Made by a program: the position numbers and the translations under genes. A DNA stretch of 64,000 nucleotides from Ancylonema sp. (lineage: Eukaryota), in NCBI GenBank assembly GCA_050230475.1, contig JBFLGF010000025.1:1-64000 (forward strand), read 5' to 3'. Under the pieces are notes generated by a model, which was not told the DNA's origin, ran no database searches, and saw only the letters and a list, made by a program, of their open reading frames with translations. Shown in pieces: positions 33,301 to 51,912 of the stretch (within the stretch, counting starts at the first letter, position 1; each line of letters starts with the position of its first letter).

Positions 33301-34454
33301 ATTATTTGACCACAACCATTACTCATTACCAGACTCATAACCTCCGGATCGAATGCATATTGGTCAACGCAAAACTCGGCGCCACACTTTGTCGCGAATA
33401 CTTTTGTTCCGAACTTGTTGCGACTAGTTCATGATCATGTTCGGAACGTGTTTTGCAATCCTCCGTTTGAATCGGGGCCAAGTACATTGAGACATTAAAA
33501 CACTTAATACAAGATTCGGAATGACTTAGCTCGGTGTCTCCGCACGTATATCGAGGCACACTGTGAGGTTATATTTTTTAGTAGTAGCTCACGATTAAAG
33601 AGTTTTTGTAGTCCACTAACACAGCATATCAAGTACAATCATAACGATGAGGACGGCGAATCGTCGCATGCGACATTACAAATAAGGGTGACGACTCGCG
33701 TTAAATGACAAGTACGCGCCCCCCTCACGACATTAACAACACGCATCCGTGTGACTAATCTACGACCCTCTACAAGAAAGTTGCACCAACCATGTGACTT
33801 CCTAAAATCTGACTTTGCAATTATTTATTATTATTTATTTGCCATAATATCACAAACCAAATTAAACACAAAAGATGGCCTCATACAGTCCGGGGATCGG
33901 GAGGACTTGTCCCTAACCGAACCATATTTAGAATGTCGATTTCGGACCGGAGTTTTCCGAGATCTAGCTATGAATACCCATACCCATAAGTTCATATTTT
34001 CATAAATTCATAACCCATTTATGATTTATCGTGACCACGTCAACCACGGCTACTGAAGTACAAATTAAATACTAATTGAGCCGAAAAAGAAAGAAAATTA
34101 GGCAAGGTGGTTCCGACATGGTGTTGGCGTAAAGAACACGCATAGTTGGGGCTCATGGTGTGGAAAAAGAAGCACGAGTAGGAGATGCACCACGTCATTG
34201 CATCATAGCACATGGTAACTAGACCGGAGCAACACAAATAATTCAATACCAAGACATTGAGTTCACGATGTTAGCAACTCGGCCGGATGAGATGAAACTC
34301 TACACAAAGTCTTTGCAACTCTTGTACAAACGACATATTTTAAGGTTCCGCAAAACCTCACTTATCAAAAGAAGAGCGAGAAACTTGGAGCACGCAAACA
34401 CAATTCGACTTCACATAATAAAATAGTGAATCAAACCCACCGTCTTAAACTACA

Positions 34455-36573
34455 TCAGTCTGAGTCCTTGATATACTTGACATAGGTTTTCTCGAAGAGG
34501 TCTTCCAAGGCATCCTTAGGCATGAATTCCCTCAGTCGTTTATCTCGAAGAAGCTCCTTGTGATTTACGATGAAGGTAATACAGAGGGCTCGCATTCCGT
34601 CCGCCCGAACCTCAATAGCTTTCAAAGCCAGCCGGACCACATTCTCAGTTGTGATGCAAGCATAAACACTGTCTTGAAGACCCGGAACGTCGTACTTGTC
34701 GCCTAGTGACCACAAATCAACTCCTTTCTCTTCCGTGTCTTGCAGAGAAGTCTCTCCCTTGTACAAGAATTCGAGAAACGTCTCCACCGCAGATGTTGAG
34801 TAGTTTGTGATGTCAATGGATGAATGATCGTTCATGTTTGCAGCGAGCAACGCTTCAAACACAGGCGACTTTAGCATCTGCACAAAGAGACTTGCTTGCA
34901 TTATTGAAAGATCCAAGCAACGTACTTTGTAAAACGACTTTAAAAGATAATCCTACCCACAGTCTCTCTGGATGAAAAGCCACACCCTCATAACACAGCA
35001 CCATGTAATCAATAAGTTGTTACGAAGGCCCACGAGCTGGAATTTGTGCGCGGGTATAGTTTTCGTTTGTGTTCGTATCGTCACGTCCACTCCTATTCCG
35101 TGCGTGTACAACTTCCATGCACGGTCACTGTCGGTGAGGTGAGATCGATCGGGCTTGCACACACTCGAAGGGATCAACTACAAAGAAAAAATAAATATTT
35201 GGTAACTGTGTTATAATGTAAGACACCAATACGAGTGTTGAAATGACGAAGGACAAACATTGCTACGACTATGTGGAGGGGAGCACGAGTAGACGCGTGC
35301 AAAACTCACTATGAGCACAATGAGCACACTGAGCACATAAGAACAACATCATGAATTGCGATGGTGGATTGTAAAAGCTAAGAATAGAATTCACCAACAC
35401 AATGCAACATCAATTTTCGGAGCCGGGTTGACATCACAATCCTCGCACTCTCGTAATCCTAAACACCGAAATGTGGGGAAGTGTGCGACCACATTCCACC
35501 TCACCTCTATGTAGAAGCTCAATGTCATGAGAACATCTTTTGCCGTTGACAAGATGTCTTGTAGGTGAGTATCGCGAAGACTGGGATAGAAGAAGACGGA
35601 TTTTTCTTCATGGACCATTCCAACCAATCTTCGAGAAGGGAACGGAGTGACTATCGACGGTCTCGAAGGTTTCACCTTTTCCGCTACACACACAATGGGG
35701 TCGCAAACAATCAGTCATTTGGAGGTGTTTCCGTTGTAAAGGGATCATATCATCATACCAACCAACAAGCTCACAACCCTCGGTCAAGAACGAGGAAGAA
35801 AGGCATAATGGTTCATGGTTGAGAAAAAAAGATAGGTGCACATGTCAAGATTAGAATTTCCTTACACTACAACTTGTAATGGTTATCTCTTGCCGACGTC
35901 TCTTCTGATGTTTTTATCACAAGAACAACCAACGAGCACATGCCTGTCATAGCCGACATCCCGTTTGCCAGCTCGCAAATTACTGCAACGGAGAACTCGG
36001 TTTCTCTCGCCTTGAAGCCTTCACAACGGAAGTAGGCGCGAAGTTGCTTGGGATCGGAAGAAAGGTAGGAAGGTTGTGCAGGAGCCCATATGAATATTTC
36101 AATGTACCTTCACAAGGAAGTCACAAGAAAATATATTGAAATATATTGTTTAAAAATTTAAAAAAAAATAAAAATATTATTTATTATTTTCATTTCGATA
36201 GAAATGAAATGAAGAGCATGAATGCCAAATGCGAGTGCAAATACGCATTTTTACTACGTACAATCACATACAAGCTGACAATAAAGGAGCATAACTGTGG
36301 TGATGGACTATGGTAATGGTACTGTCAAAGATATTGGAATACTTAATGGCAATTCAAATGTTATTCGTAAGTCATCAAAATAGGCATTCTCTCGAGCGCC
36401 ACATCCCAAGTGTACATCAGCACATTGGCGTGCAAAGCTGGGCCGTCGATCGCTCACCACTTGCATCCTTGTGCTTCAAAAGAGACGGTCTTCTTTCCTG
36501 TCCAGCTACTTCTCTTGATTTTCCACTCGTATTCTTGATATAGGCGCAACTCAATGCCTTGAGATGACGACAT
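34455..36573 (-). CDS. MATH-like/BTB(POZ) protein copy 2, intact, ~341 aa; exons 36573-36458, 36107-35944, 35683-35505, 35177-35034, 34877-34455
   Basis: The exons total 1026 nt and join in frame using a GC donor at intron 2. N-terminal YEWKIK...FEAQGCKW|YIEIF...LRAYFRC...FSVAVICEL is MATH-like (inference). The C-terminal BTB has IPAHKFQL|MLKSPVFEALL, FLEFLYKG and DKYDVPGL. Confidence 0.8.
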
Positions 36574-37644
36574 TTTGGTGCTGTATTCGATGCGAAACTC
36601 GTTCCCACAACCTACTGAGAGTCACACCTGTATGTATACAGAATACAAAAAAATGTGTTGGATGAAAAGATAAACAAACCATTTGAAGCCGTCACAATTT
36701 CTGGCAAACAAGCCAGAAATGTAGTGTTACGTGGTTGATAGGTGGGACAAACGTGAGAATTAAAAAGTGCGGCACTCCTTATACCTACTCTGGAGCTAGA
36801 TCTCCACAGCAAGTGAGTGGCACAATACACGGAAATCAGAGGGATTTGAAGGACGTGAGAAAGAATCTAGAAGGAGCAGCACAACGCCAAGTCAAAGCAC
36901 CAGCGATAAGATTTTATAGCCGATACTCGAGATGTTCAGATGCTCAAACGACTTCTCGACAGGGCTCTTAGAATGCCAACAGAGGTTGGACCCCTCCACG
37001 ACCTGAAGTGGATAAGATCACTTAAGCAGATGTCTAGCTAACATAGCGAACAGTGTGAAAGCCGTTTCGAAAAACTAATCAGGACCAGCTAGCGCGAACA
37101 CATCAGCCTCTGTCCGACAAAATCAATCCACTTGGTGCTTCATGGTACAGTGGCGCGCTTGTTCATAGGAATGTTCATTCAGAAACTCCGATATTCGAGA
37201 CGTCAATACCATATAATCCTTGAGCCTTGCCATGCGGAACTGATTCAGACATGGATAAAGCATCAAGTTTATTTGAGTATTCGAGACACAAACCGCGGGG
37301 GGAATAGAAAGGGAAAGTACAAGAATAAAGAGAGGCTGCGATCATCGAAGGTTCGGATCACTTACTCCTGGACCTGACCACAAATGTGAAGTGGAGCGGG
37401 CGGGGGAGCAGCTCAGGGATATCCTCCAGTACCTTCGTCTCCTGTATACTATATCTTTACGCAAGGAAAATGGCGAGTGATAAACTACGTCAGCGACCTT
37501 TTCACCGCCTCCACTTCTGCATACAAAGTATTCCAGTTCACGGAAACTCGAGACTGCTGAAGCATGGTTGTGTGCTATGCAACTCCTGGAGAGCGATTTC
37601 ACCTGTCCTCGTTAGAGTGGCGGTAACCCGGGGGTTAAAAAGTA

Positions 37645-38090
37645 CAGTAAACCCTTGATATGGTGACAATTTTATAGACAGTGGAAAATAATGTCACTAT
37701 ATCGAATGCCAGGGGTACCGTAAATGATTTTTAATTTTTGGAAGCCGAAACCAATCATTTATATTAATACCTATGAGGTCGGAATCATCAACCAGAAATC
37801 ATTGATATTATTACCACTCTTGGATTTGTTTTGAATTTCGTATGTAGGTGTCGAGAAATCATTGCCAAAAATCATCAATAATAAATACCGGATTCCCGGA
37901 ATCTTTCTTACAAATCATTAACAATCTAATTCGTTTTGAAAAATCAGAAATCATTTACAGTGCCTTATACGGAATACACTATATAGTGACATTTGATAGG
38001 GTGACATTGAGCCAATGTCACTATATCGAAGGAAAGTTAAATTAGGTAATTTTGAACAGCCAGATCGAGTGCGCAGAGGTTTTTATGGAA
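37645..38090 (-). mobile_element. Truncated inverted copy of family B element, interrupted by a nested MITE
   Basis: TA+CAGTAAACCCTTGATATGGTGACA...ATCGAATGCCAGG matches the reverse complement of 30280-30350. Similarity resumes after 37964 (atatagtgacatttgatagggtgacatt..., matching 30160-30270). Confidence 0.75.
37714..37964. mobile_element. Nested MITE, 251 bp
   Basis: Left end GGTACCGTAAATGATTTTTAATTTTT. The right end reverse-complements to GGCACTGTAAATGATTTCTGATTTTT. TSD not resolved. Confidence 0.65.
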
Positions 38091-39433
38091 GAAGGTTGGT
38101 CATCTATATGGCGTTTGCTCTGATATCCACTCGCGACAATAAAACCTCTTTGAAGTAATAAGGCCTGGACACGTACAAAATATTAATTCAGAAAGGTTAC
38201 TAATTTATTATTTATTTATTTATATTAGATTTGGGAGGTAATTAACTTTCACAACGTTAATTTTGACGGGTTTCACTGCATAATGACATCTCATAATGAC
38301 ATCTCATAATGACATCTCATCTCATCTCATCTCATCTCTTTCTTCTTGCGTTTTACGCATCCAATACCGTGGGTATACAAAATGATCGATTTTGCGCCAT
38401 AGAGTACACATGTATATCATAGTTTCGCGCGTGTTTAAGAGACCAAGTGACATAATAAAAGCATATACGCATTCTCAACACGTCGATCTATATGTAGCGA
38501 CACCTGCTTGTATACCATACGTTGCGTGATTGTTGTTGGGGACGGCACAAATCCGAACTCAACAACAAAAGGCAAGAGCACAATAGAACGACACAATTTG
38601 AATGGTGGAATGAAATCACTATAACGTGCACGTTGAAAAGAGTGCATCATAGCACTAGATTCTTAAAGGAGTTTCGTCGTTTTTTGAGGATAATGTTGTG
38701 CTTGGACCAATATAACAATTTACTGGCACGATGGCCTTATGACCATCTTTTACTCAAGAATCCATTCACCCCGTTGTATTGTCGTCCACCATCGATTACG
38801 AACCCTCATTTTCAAAGAGGATGGAAGTGAGGGTATGGGAGTAGCGGGTTGGGAGGGAGTAAGAAGGTGACAATATCCGCGAAAACTCTTTGCATTTGCA
38901 TTCTTAACTATATTAGTTGACCCACACTCACACGATCATACTATAACGTGATTGCACATTTCATAAGATTGAACACTCGTTCCTAGGACTTTCATCTATG
39001 TCGCAAAGTTTCTTTCGTCTTTTTATTATACCGACATTTGTGTGCACTAGCGAATGCAGTAAAGAAGACGAGAGCAAATAAAAAATGTTAAGAAAAAATT
39101 GTGGTCGTGCCTTACCAATGAGATAGTGAGTCTACAATTATAAGGAGATTGGATTCGAGAAGGGGTAAGGACCTACCATTCACCAACACAGAGCCAATGT
39201 GAAAAGTGAAGAGTGACTCAAGATCTTTCGAAAATGAGCGAATCGTGTCCAAACCACTAAATCATGATTCAACGTTTCTCGTGCATGTAAAATAGAAAAA
39301 AAAAAAAAAAAAAAAAAAAAGGGGGGTTACAATTGTGAACAAGCGAACCAAAAGAGATCAACGGGGGGGTCGTAAATCGGGATTCCGACTCAAGTATGGT
39401 TGAGGATTACAATGTCAATAGCCCATTTCAACT

Positions 39434-43448
<4,015 letters not shown>

Positions 43449-45317
43449 GCCCCTCTTTATTCACCAATCCTTCTCGCGGTTCGGGATACACCTTTTTGAG
43501 AAGAGACAAACATCAAATCACACGGGTAGATCGAGCACGAAAAGAAACCCAAACGACAAAAAAAAAAGCAAACGATAAAAAAAATACATATGTAGAAGGA
43601 CTGCGAATACGATTTGAGGATGAGACCAGCCATGAAATCAAAGATTTCCCAAACTACAAATGCACTTCACATAAGCTGACCGTGAATTACACGATGGATG
43701 TCTTAGAAGACATAAAACCAGTCTAAAGGTTCTTGAAAATAAAATTGAGGTGCTTATAGAGGTATGCGTAGTCAATGACGAGCATACTACTTCAATAAGT
43801 TAACCACACTTCTATACCTAACTGTGTGTTCCACCTTCTCATTACAAAAAAAACCTCTTCTGCTTCGAAGTCTTCCTAGGCATATATTACCGTGGTTTCG
43901 TCATATATCTGACTTAGGCAACACTAGATAGCAACAAATTTGCGGCTCCTTGTTTCGGATTTCTCATCGGTATACATACCAAGTTCATCAGACGATTCGG
44001 GAAACACGAAATCAAACGTATATGGGAATCTTGATTGCCACAGTACAATCTTAAAATAAGTTTTGTAATCGTGAGTTTTAGTTGCTCGAAATTCTCGAGC
44101 CCCCAAATGATGAGTTGTGCTCTCATGCGAGTGGACCAACGTTATGCATCGAAAGCAACGGTTTTGAGAACATACAACAAAAATGGAGAGCATAATAGAG
44201 AGACGTGGAAATAGATAAAAAGAATATGAGCTTTCACGAATCTGTGGGAGAGGGACATCATGAAAGACATAATATTTTTGGGGTTTAAGTCGACTCCAAA
44301 GGTGTGCAGTTTACACGCTCGACTAGATTAAGCCAAGCCCCCTGAGTGCCAAGAAGCACATTTAGTACTAACATTCAATACTTAGATACTCCTTAGACCC
44401 TAGTAAACAGATAAACACATTGAGTACTTATCTTGGTACTCCTTAAGCCCTCGTAAACAGATTGGTAACCTGATTTGATGCCGATGTTTCAATGACTCAC
44501 CAAATTGAAACTGAGTCGGAGAGCGCGATGACAACAACGGAAGAAGTTGTTTGCTGATTTGCAAGAAGGTTTGGATAAGCCTGCACGTAAGAAGAATTCA
44601 GGGGAAGCTACATAGTGTTAAACTCGTCAATTTGATTGTAGTCAATGTGTGCCCGGTCATCGGTGAAAGTTGTTGGAATCATCGTACACATTCAGCACAT
44701 CAATCTCACTAGATACACAATAATTTCCGTATGAGGGGAGGCATGTAGACCAGCTGCCACAAAGTAACCAGCCCGACTGCCGACTGCCCCTCTTTTAAAT
44801 AGTCTGACAGTCAAAGGTACATCGGTACGTCGTGCAACGCAGTCAGAGTTCAGCGGCTTTTGTAAAAAACTAACAGAGGTAGGAAACTGTCACTGACACT
44901 TCAGGAATCAAAGGGGAATCAAAGGACATCGATGGAGAAGCACCTAAATTTCCGGAGGATTGCGGACAATAAAAACTCTAGAATGACCTGAGGTTGTAAA
45001 TTGAATTGAGTTCTCCAACATCCAAACTAAAGAGCCAACTCAGGGACGGCACCGAAGGCTACTCTTAGAATTCAGACCTTCGCTCCCAAAGGTGAACACA
45101 TTCAAGCAGCGGTGGGGCCGCAGATTGCCTTAAGTATGCTGCGTTTCCGCCTGTACATTCGTGTTCAGGGTGCTCTTACATCTCCCAAAGGAGTCTGATG
45201 AAATGTCGAAGGAACATATCTGAGCCCTGACTGTGGGCAGTGCATTAACAGTTTCTATGCCGCACGGAGCTTAAAACCGAGCCGAACATTTCATTATAAA
45301 AGTAATAATGACGCTTT

Positions 45318-45448
45318 GGGCTCCGGACTCCTGCGCCTCCGGGCTCCAAGATCGGAGCCCGAACTCTGGGCCCAAGAGCCTGGAGGCGGAGCTCGGAGCC
45401 CGACTCGAGGTTTGGAAACCGGGGCCCAGCTCGGAGCCCAGACAGAGC
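45318..45448. repeat. Cluster of GGAGCC/GGCTCC motifs, possibly a transposon subterminal remnant
   Basis: Multiple ggctcc, ggagcc and gagccc motifs in both orientations. No paired TIR found. Confidence 0.4.
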
Positions 45449-46884
45449 CTTATAAATGTGAAATATGAAATATAAAATAAATCTGCCTGTTGACAAACTC
45501 CGCGCTTGCTTTGTCATGACGAGTTGTATCTTTACAATGACGATTTTCATGATGTTTCATTGTCCACTTCATGACGCGTAGTGTTGAAAGCATGTTTTTT
45601 TTGTAAAGAAGAATCGATGCCTTTCAAGTGTCAACTTACTTGGTTTTTCTCCTTCGCACGCTTCAACCTGCGTGGTCTCTTCTCGGACGACCATGTATGA
45701 GAAAACAATTTTGTATGCTGCGAGCACGTTGTTGTGCGTCATATTATGAATTGGTTTCACAAATCGGGGACAATCTCGCCCCTCAGATGTGTCACATCCC
45801 CACGTGCGCAAGTCTATTGGTAAGAGGGCGAATGGGGATATTTCGTGAGTTCTCCCACCAGCACTGGATTAAGAGGAAGTACCCCGCCGTTCAATCCCAC
45901 GAAGGATTCCCATACCCTCCTTATTTCTCTTCTTCGTATCGCTTCACATCCTAGTGTTGCGCTATGGTCAAGTTCCGGAAGAAAAAGGGTGTCGTTTCTT
46001 GAGAGGCTTGACCCCTTCTCGATATGTTTTTTTGGTTTTTCCACCCGACCAAAAAGCTCGGACACCCCCGTCTTCGATTCCCGGATCCGGGTCTCTCAAT
46101 TTGGCACGCGTTTAAACATAAGGTAGTAAGGTGCGTGTCGTGCCGGATCAAGTGATCGCTATACTCGCTTCATCGGCAAGCAACTTCAAAGCAACACACT
46201 TAGTATACTCCTCTATGCATTTTGGCATCATTGACACATTCCCTTGGTAATCGATCTGAATCCCGGCATAAAATGTGGGCATCTTCGGGGAAATTGACGA
46301 CATTTTATATGAGGGTTGAGACATTCCTAAAACCGCTGAAGGCCGGGAAAGGGCCGCAAGCACACTAAGTATGTGGCACAAGACAACCACTACACCGTCA
46401 TATTTATTGATGTGGAAGTGTATCGTTCGTGGAGTTTACTTCACGAACTATAAAGTCTACAACGATTTGTATAAAGTCTACATCTTTTTCTCTCCACAAC
46501 TAGACGAGGTTGAAGGGTTGTTAAACAAGCGTATTCTCTTTTGGGGAAGATGTGGAAGATTTCTGCTTTTGTTGAGGCATATTTTATCCAATGTGAGGTG
46601 TATGGCCACCTGTTCCTATCTAATCCATCCACCCATTTTCATGTCCTCCATCGTCTCTCAACCCCTATCATTGGATGTACAAACGGACGAAAGTTTGGGT
46701 TTGATGCGTTTCGGTACGTGCCTTCACGTGAAGTAGAGGCTTCAAAAGTACATGTGTAGTGTTTAAAGATTGAAATATAATTCATTGCCTCGTCTAGCAA
46801 ACCAAGACAGGAATTGGCAAGACATTCTAGTTTTGACATTGGGCATAAAGACGACTCCAAAACCCGTTCCTATAAACACCAATG

Positions 46885-49345
46885 TCACTTTACGTACTTT
46901 ACAAGAACTCTCTCAAAAATCTCCTCCAACAAATCTCTCGGTAAAGTCTTCCTCACTTCACTGTCCCTAAGAATCTTTTTGTTGTTCACAATAAACACGA
47001 CGCAAATCTCCCGAATCTTGTCGGCCACAAGTTCAATGGATTTGAACAGCAGTCCAATCACGTCATTTGCACACACGAGCGACTTGACGTGACGTTCTAC
47101 GATTGTTTGGAGACTAGGGACATCATATTTCCCACCGAGCAACCACAATTCGATAGAGTTTTCTCTCAAACCCTCTCCAATGAGCACTCCCTTGTATATC
47201 AATTCCACGAACGCCTCCACCGCAGACGACGAGAAATCGGTGATCCCTTAATTAAGTTTTCATCATGACCAACTACGAGACCCACAACCTTGTTTCTATA
47301 ATAACACGACCAAAATTGTTGCGTACAATACAACAATAATAACACCATGAGCACGTACGGGTTATGACTCTATACCAAAGATGCTCAACCTTCCACACTA
47401 CGCGCTGAGTAGTAGATTTTGAAGGTTAAAAACATACATGGTATTTGATCGATTTGAAATAATGTAAGGGGACTCACCAGTTGGAACTTGTGCACATGGA
47501 GAACCTTGTCTTGCGTTTCAATCTTCAGGTCCACCCCCACCCCCTCCGCGTGCAACGTCCACGCACTCACTCCTTCCGTGGGCCTCTTCCTCTTTGTGGG
47601 GAAAGAAGACTACGGCGGCAACAATATGCACAGCGAAAGCAATTGGAATGACAACCATTGGGCAATAACCTCTCTATGATGTCAGGTCACGATATGTCAG
47701 GTCAGGAATCATGTAACTCTAACAAATGAACGACGATAGAAAAGCGTAGGAGAACGATAACAACTAACTGAGAACCTACACTAGCTATAGAACATTGCAG
47801 CCCGAAGAACATTGCAGGTGCTAATAGTAACATCCGACACTCACAAGTTTCAACATGTGACTCTAGATAGTCAACATGTGACTCTAGATAGTCAACATGT
47901 GACTCTATATAGTGAACATCTAGATAGTCAATGTGGTGAAATGTCGGTGCAATATCAAGAAGCCAAAAAGATATTGGCACTAATGAGGACACGATTGTTG
48001 AAATCCCTTGTGAAATCGACCAAAGTATCAATCATCAAAGTGCATCATGCGCATGTTACGTTTTTTATTACAAGATAGTTCATCGAAGACTCGTGCAATA
48101 TCTTCAGAATTGCTTGATAACTTATCGTAATATGAACAGAATGCGAATTGAGATATGAAGTAATTCGACATCATGCCCTGTTTACTTAACATCTTGCAAA
48201 CTAGAATGAGCACATAAACTTGAATTGAAAACTTACCTCGAAGAACACTTTGATTGTCATCGGCATGTGCTTAATGGCAAGCGACCCCTCCCCCTCAGAA
48301 GGATCATGTGGGTCGATGGGGGGAAATAAGTAAGTCACTACGTCGACGCATTCGGCTGGTATATTGACCTTAAACCCTGAGAACTCCAACAAGTCGATAT
48401 TGTTTGCAAAAAATCCTATGACAAAAAGATGCATAACAACCAAACATCTCCCGATCGTGTGATGAGAGTTATGAATAAGTTTCAATATCATGATGCGCAA
48501 AACACAACTCGATATTCATTATATATGTGATTCATTACAATGCTTCATAGCTATCCTTTCAAGCGTTTGTTTGGTCCCTTGCAACCAAAGATACACGTGC
48601 CTGTAAAAGATGAATCCGATCGCCAAACTCGCAAATGATGACGACCGAAAAGTCCGCCTCCACCAGATCATTGACCTCGTTCTCGGTTATTTTTTCCTTT
48701 TGCGACTTGCTTGTGCAACCCCAAATTTGTGATAAATATTCATCTCCACTTCATCGAACGCGACATGGAGACACCTTCACAAGGCACACCCGCAATCCCG
48801 CTCCTGACATCTTGGATTGATCATCATATTTTTTGTTCACGTAAGTAATATCTTAGATCACGTGCCTCCGACGTCCGTGCGACGACCATTATTTTATCAT
48901 TTTACAAAGAGATGGGTGTACTTTGACGAATGTAAAAACGAATCGAATCCACATTTTTTTGTAAGATGATCATCTCTTTGCTCTCATAAGTAATAATATG
49001 GCATGAAACGTTGGGCTGACAATGTCACCAACAAACCAAATCGATTCGACAAACACAGGAAGCCCTCATATACATCGATCTGTTACTAGTGAACCTCAAT
49101 CAACATGTAGATTGTTTATTAACCAACCCAATGACAACTCAATCAAATGTTCCACACACCTTTTCAACCCCATCTTCATCATTGAAATTTGAATTGATTA
49201 TCAAGAAGTGGTACTCTGTCTCCAAACTGACCAATTGTATCCTCGCGCTTCAAACTCTGAAGTGATACCGCAAACGTCCGTGATTTCTTCCTCTTTGCGA
49301 AGTACTCGTTCGTGGACAATGGCGGACCTCCTTGTGTGTGTTCAT
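46885..49345 (-). pseudogene. MATH-like/BTB gene copy 4, pseudogene; exon remnants 49345-49232, 48774-48601, 48376-48237, 47609-47478, ~47245-46885
   Basis: Closest to copy 3 (exons 3 and 4 have identical lengths, 140 and 132 nt). Frameshifts in exons 1 and 2. The 5' part of the last exon (MLxSPVF...) is missing before ITDFSSSAVEAF. Confidence 0.78.
47851..47931. repeat. 21-bp tandem repeat x3-4 in an intron of copy 4
   Basis: TCAACATGTGACTCTAGATAG repeated. Confidence 0.8.
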
Positions 49346-51799
49346 ACTTGCTCTTATAACCAATCCCCCTCCTTCCCTTTTGTCGGTTTGCGGAACACCT
49401 TTCAAAGGAGAGCGAAATCTAGACATGCAGACTCAGCTTAGCACAAAGCGTGGGGCGAAGTCAAAGCTTATGGATACTTCAGTAGCAATGGGAAGTAAAT
49501 GATAGTGCGTAACAATTGAGAAAAACACTTGAACACGTTAGTTTCGAAATCGAAAAACGAAATTTTTTCACATGCGGAAGTTCAATTCAGCAAAGATACT
49601 GAAAAAGTGAAGGAGACAAAAATTCATCTGCCTAAAATAGCTCTCAGAGTCGTCGAAGCATAATGAATGCTCATGTGAAAGAAGCTTTACACCACTTTGG
49701 CAAAACCTTTTGAATACCTTCTGAACCTTTTGATCACTTGATTTGAAAATCCCGATAGAGGTTTTTAAAATTCCTCTTCGTCTTCCAAAGAAAATACTTA
49801 TGGCACTTGGATTTTATGCACACTTATGGCAAAAGTCCTGTATAGTGACAAAAGTTATGGCTCCCATGAAACTTGTCTTTAAATTTGCGTGAATTTTCGA
49901 ATTGTCAAACCGGACTCACAAACTCTTGTTGACGGGAGTGAGGACACAAAACACGACAAAAAATACATGGTCTGAAAAGCCATATCGATGTTGTGTTGTA
50001 TTTCGAAAACCGGCTCTAGAGGGCAATTAGTTAGGGCCGCGTATGTGAGTGGACAGACCATACACTACATTCGAAAATTTAAAATGAAGATTACGAGCAA
50101 GTGCATAACCGACGCAAACATGATGGCGGATGGGACCGTTATTAGCGCTACTTTAAAACTAAGAGGGAGCATATGAATTTGAATCGAAGTTTGCTCCAAC
50201 ACTATGGTGTTCATATGTGGGACCTATTGGAGATGGGGGACTCTCACATGCTAAGACACAAATTTACATACTTCGTGAGCTCCATGTGGAAGGGCACCGA
50301 AGGGAAAAGGAAAAAGGGAAAAAAAAGAAAAAGGTAGAAATAAAAAATGTTACCACCAGATCTAAGGCAAGCGTCCCAATGAGTCTTTCAGTTCGTAAAA
50401 AAATGGCACTTCATGCTGACCAAAATGTAAGAAGTTCAGTAAAAAACATTGTAGGGCCTACAAGGAGGATGAATTTCCGGTTCCGCACAGGTCGGTGAGA
50501 TGCACTCTATATAACTCCCCTCCTGGTATAGGCACACTAATGCTGGCTTTCTGTAAATGTGTGGAAAAACCAGGGGACAGTTTCAGTCAATTCGTGCACC
50601 AAGTCCGTCATGTTCTGTATTAGTATTCGTTCAGCTGCTGGATATCAGCGTAGACATGTAGGCACGTCTAGAGAATCGGTGGCATTCTTAATGCCGTTTG
50701 AGAGAAAGATGTAGACCAGCTACAAATGGACCACCCCGTCTTCTGAAGGCCTCGGAAACAAAAGTGCATGCGGTGATTCGTGCTGCAGTATTCAAAGGCG
50801 CCTTCGATTCCGGAAAGGTCACTCCAAAAGCAACGTAGGTTGAAGGATAATCACCTGAAACTCCTTGCCGTAGCGGATGCCTCAGGTTTTCCGTTTTCCA
50901 GAGAGACTTGAGGAGGCACCTTTAATCAAGTACTTGAGCAGTCAATCCAGGAGACAATATAGGGACCGGACCGCAGGCTACTATGCTAGAGTCCAGACCT
51001 TTCGCTCTCTAACGTGACCGCTTTTTAGGTCACGCAGCGGTGGAGCCACAGATTGCTCTAGGCACTCTGCGTCTTCTCCTGTACGCGCAGTCCCACGACG
51101 TTCTTGTTTCAAAGAAAATTTGTGGAAAGTTAGAGGTCATCGATGTCAAGAGACAGGCTCCAGCGCCCGCCTTCCGAGTTTGAGGCTGAGAACGAGAGCT
51201 CGAAACCGAGTAGAGTATCCGGTAATGTGAACGGCTCGCTTGTCCACAACAAATCTTCATGTGGTTTACCGGCGCCATCCGCGCGATAACCAGCCGCACC
51301 AGCTGCTGTAATGCCCAACCGAGCGACGCCCAGCCCCGGCCGCCTGCTTCTGTTAAGCCAAAAGAGTACTTCCGTATAAGCACAAATACTCTTGTAGTAC
51401 TACCATATATCAACAACTAATCTTGTAGTACTACCATATAATAAAAAATACTCTTGTCTACTACCGCATAAGCACAAATACTCTTGTGCTACTAGTATAA
51501 GCATTGCTGTCAAAGACTGCTGCTGCCTCCAGATCGTTTGCCGGTTCGTAAAAACAAATGAAAGGGTTGTGCCAGCTCAGCACGTGGTCGTTGGCAGAGT
51601 AGAGGCCTGCGACTGCAAATCGGGTTGAATTACTAGCTACCATTTGTTTTCGTCGTTTGACACGTGTCTTCTCCACCTGGCAGTGTGGATGTGCCAGATG
51701 GCGACAACGGAATGAGTATTGGTCCGCTCCGGATCTCCCTGCGCTACCATCATGATGCGTGGTGGGGGGGTGCAAAAGCAGACTACAACAACTGCAGGT

Positions 51800-51912
51800 A
51801 TGTTGGCAGAAGTATGTGGCAGAAGTATGTGGCAGAAATCCTTGGCAGAAGTGTGTGACAGAAGTATGTGGCAGAAGTGCGTGGCAGAATTGTGGGCCAG
51901 AACTGTGGCAAG
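51800..51912. repeat. ~14-bp tandem repeat (GTGGCAGAAGTAT)
   Basis: About eight degenerate units of tgtggcagaagta. Confidence 0.75.
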
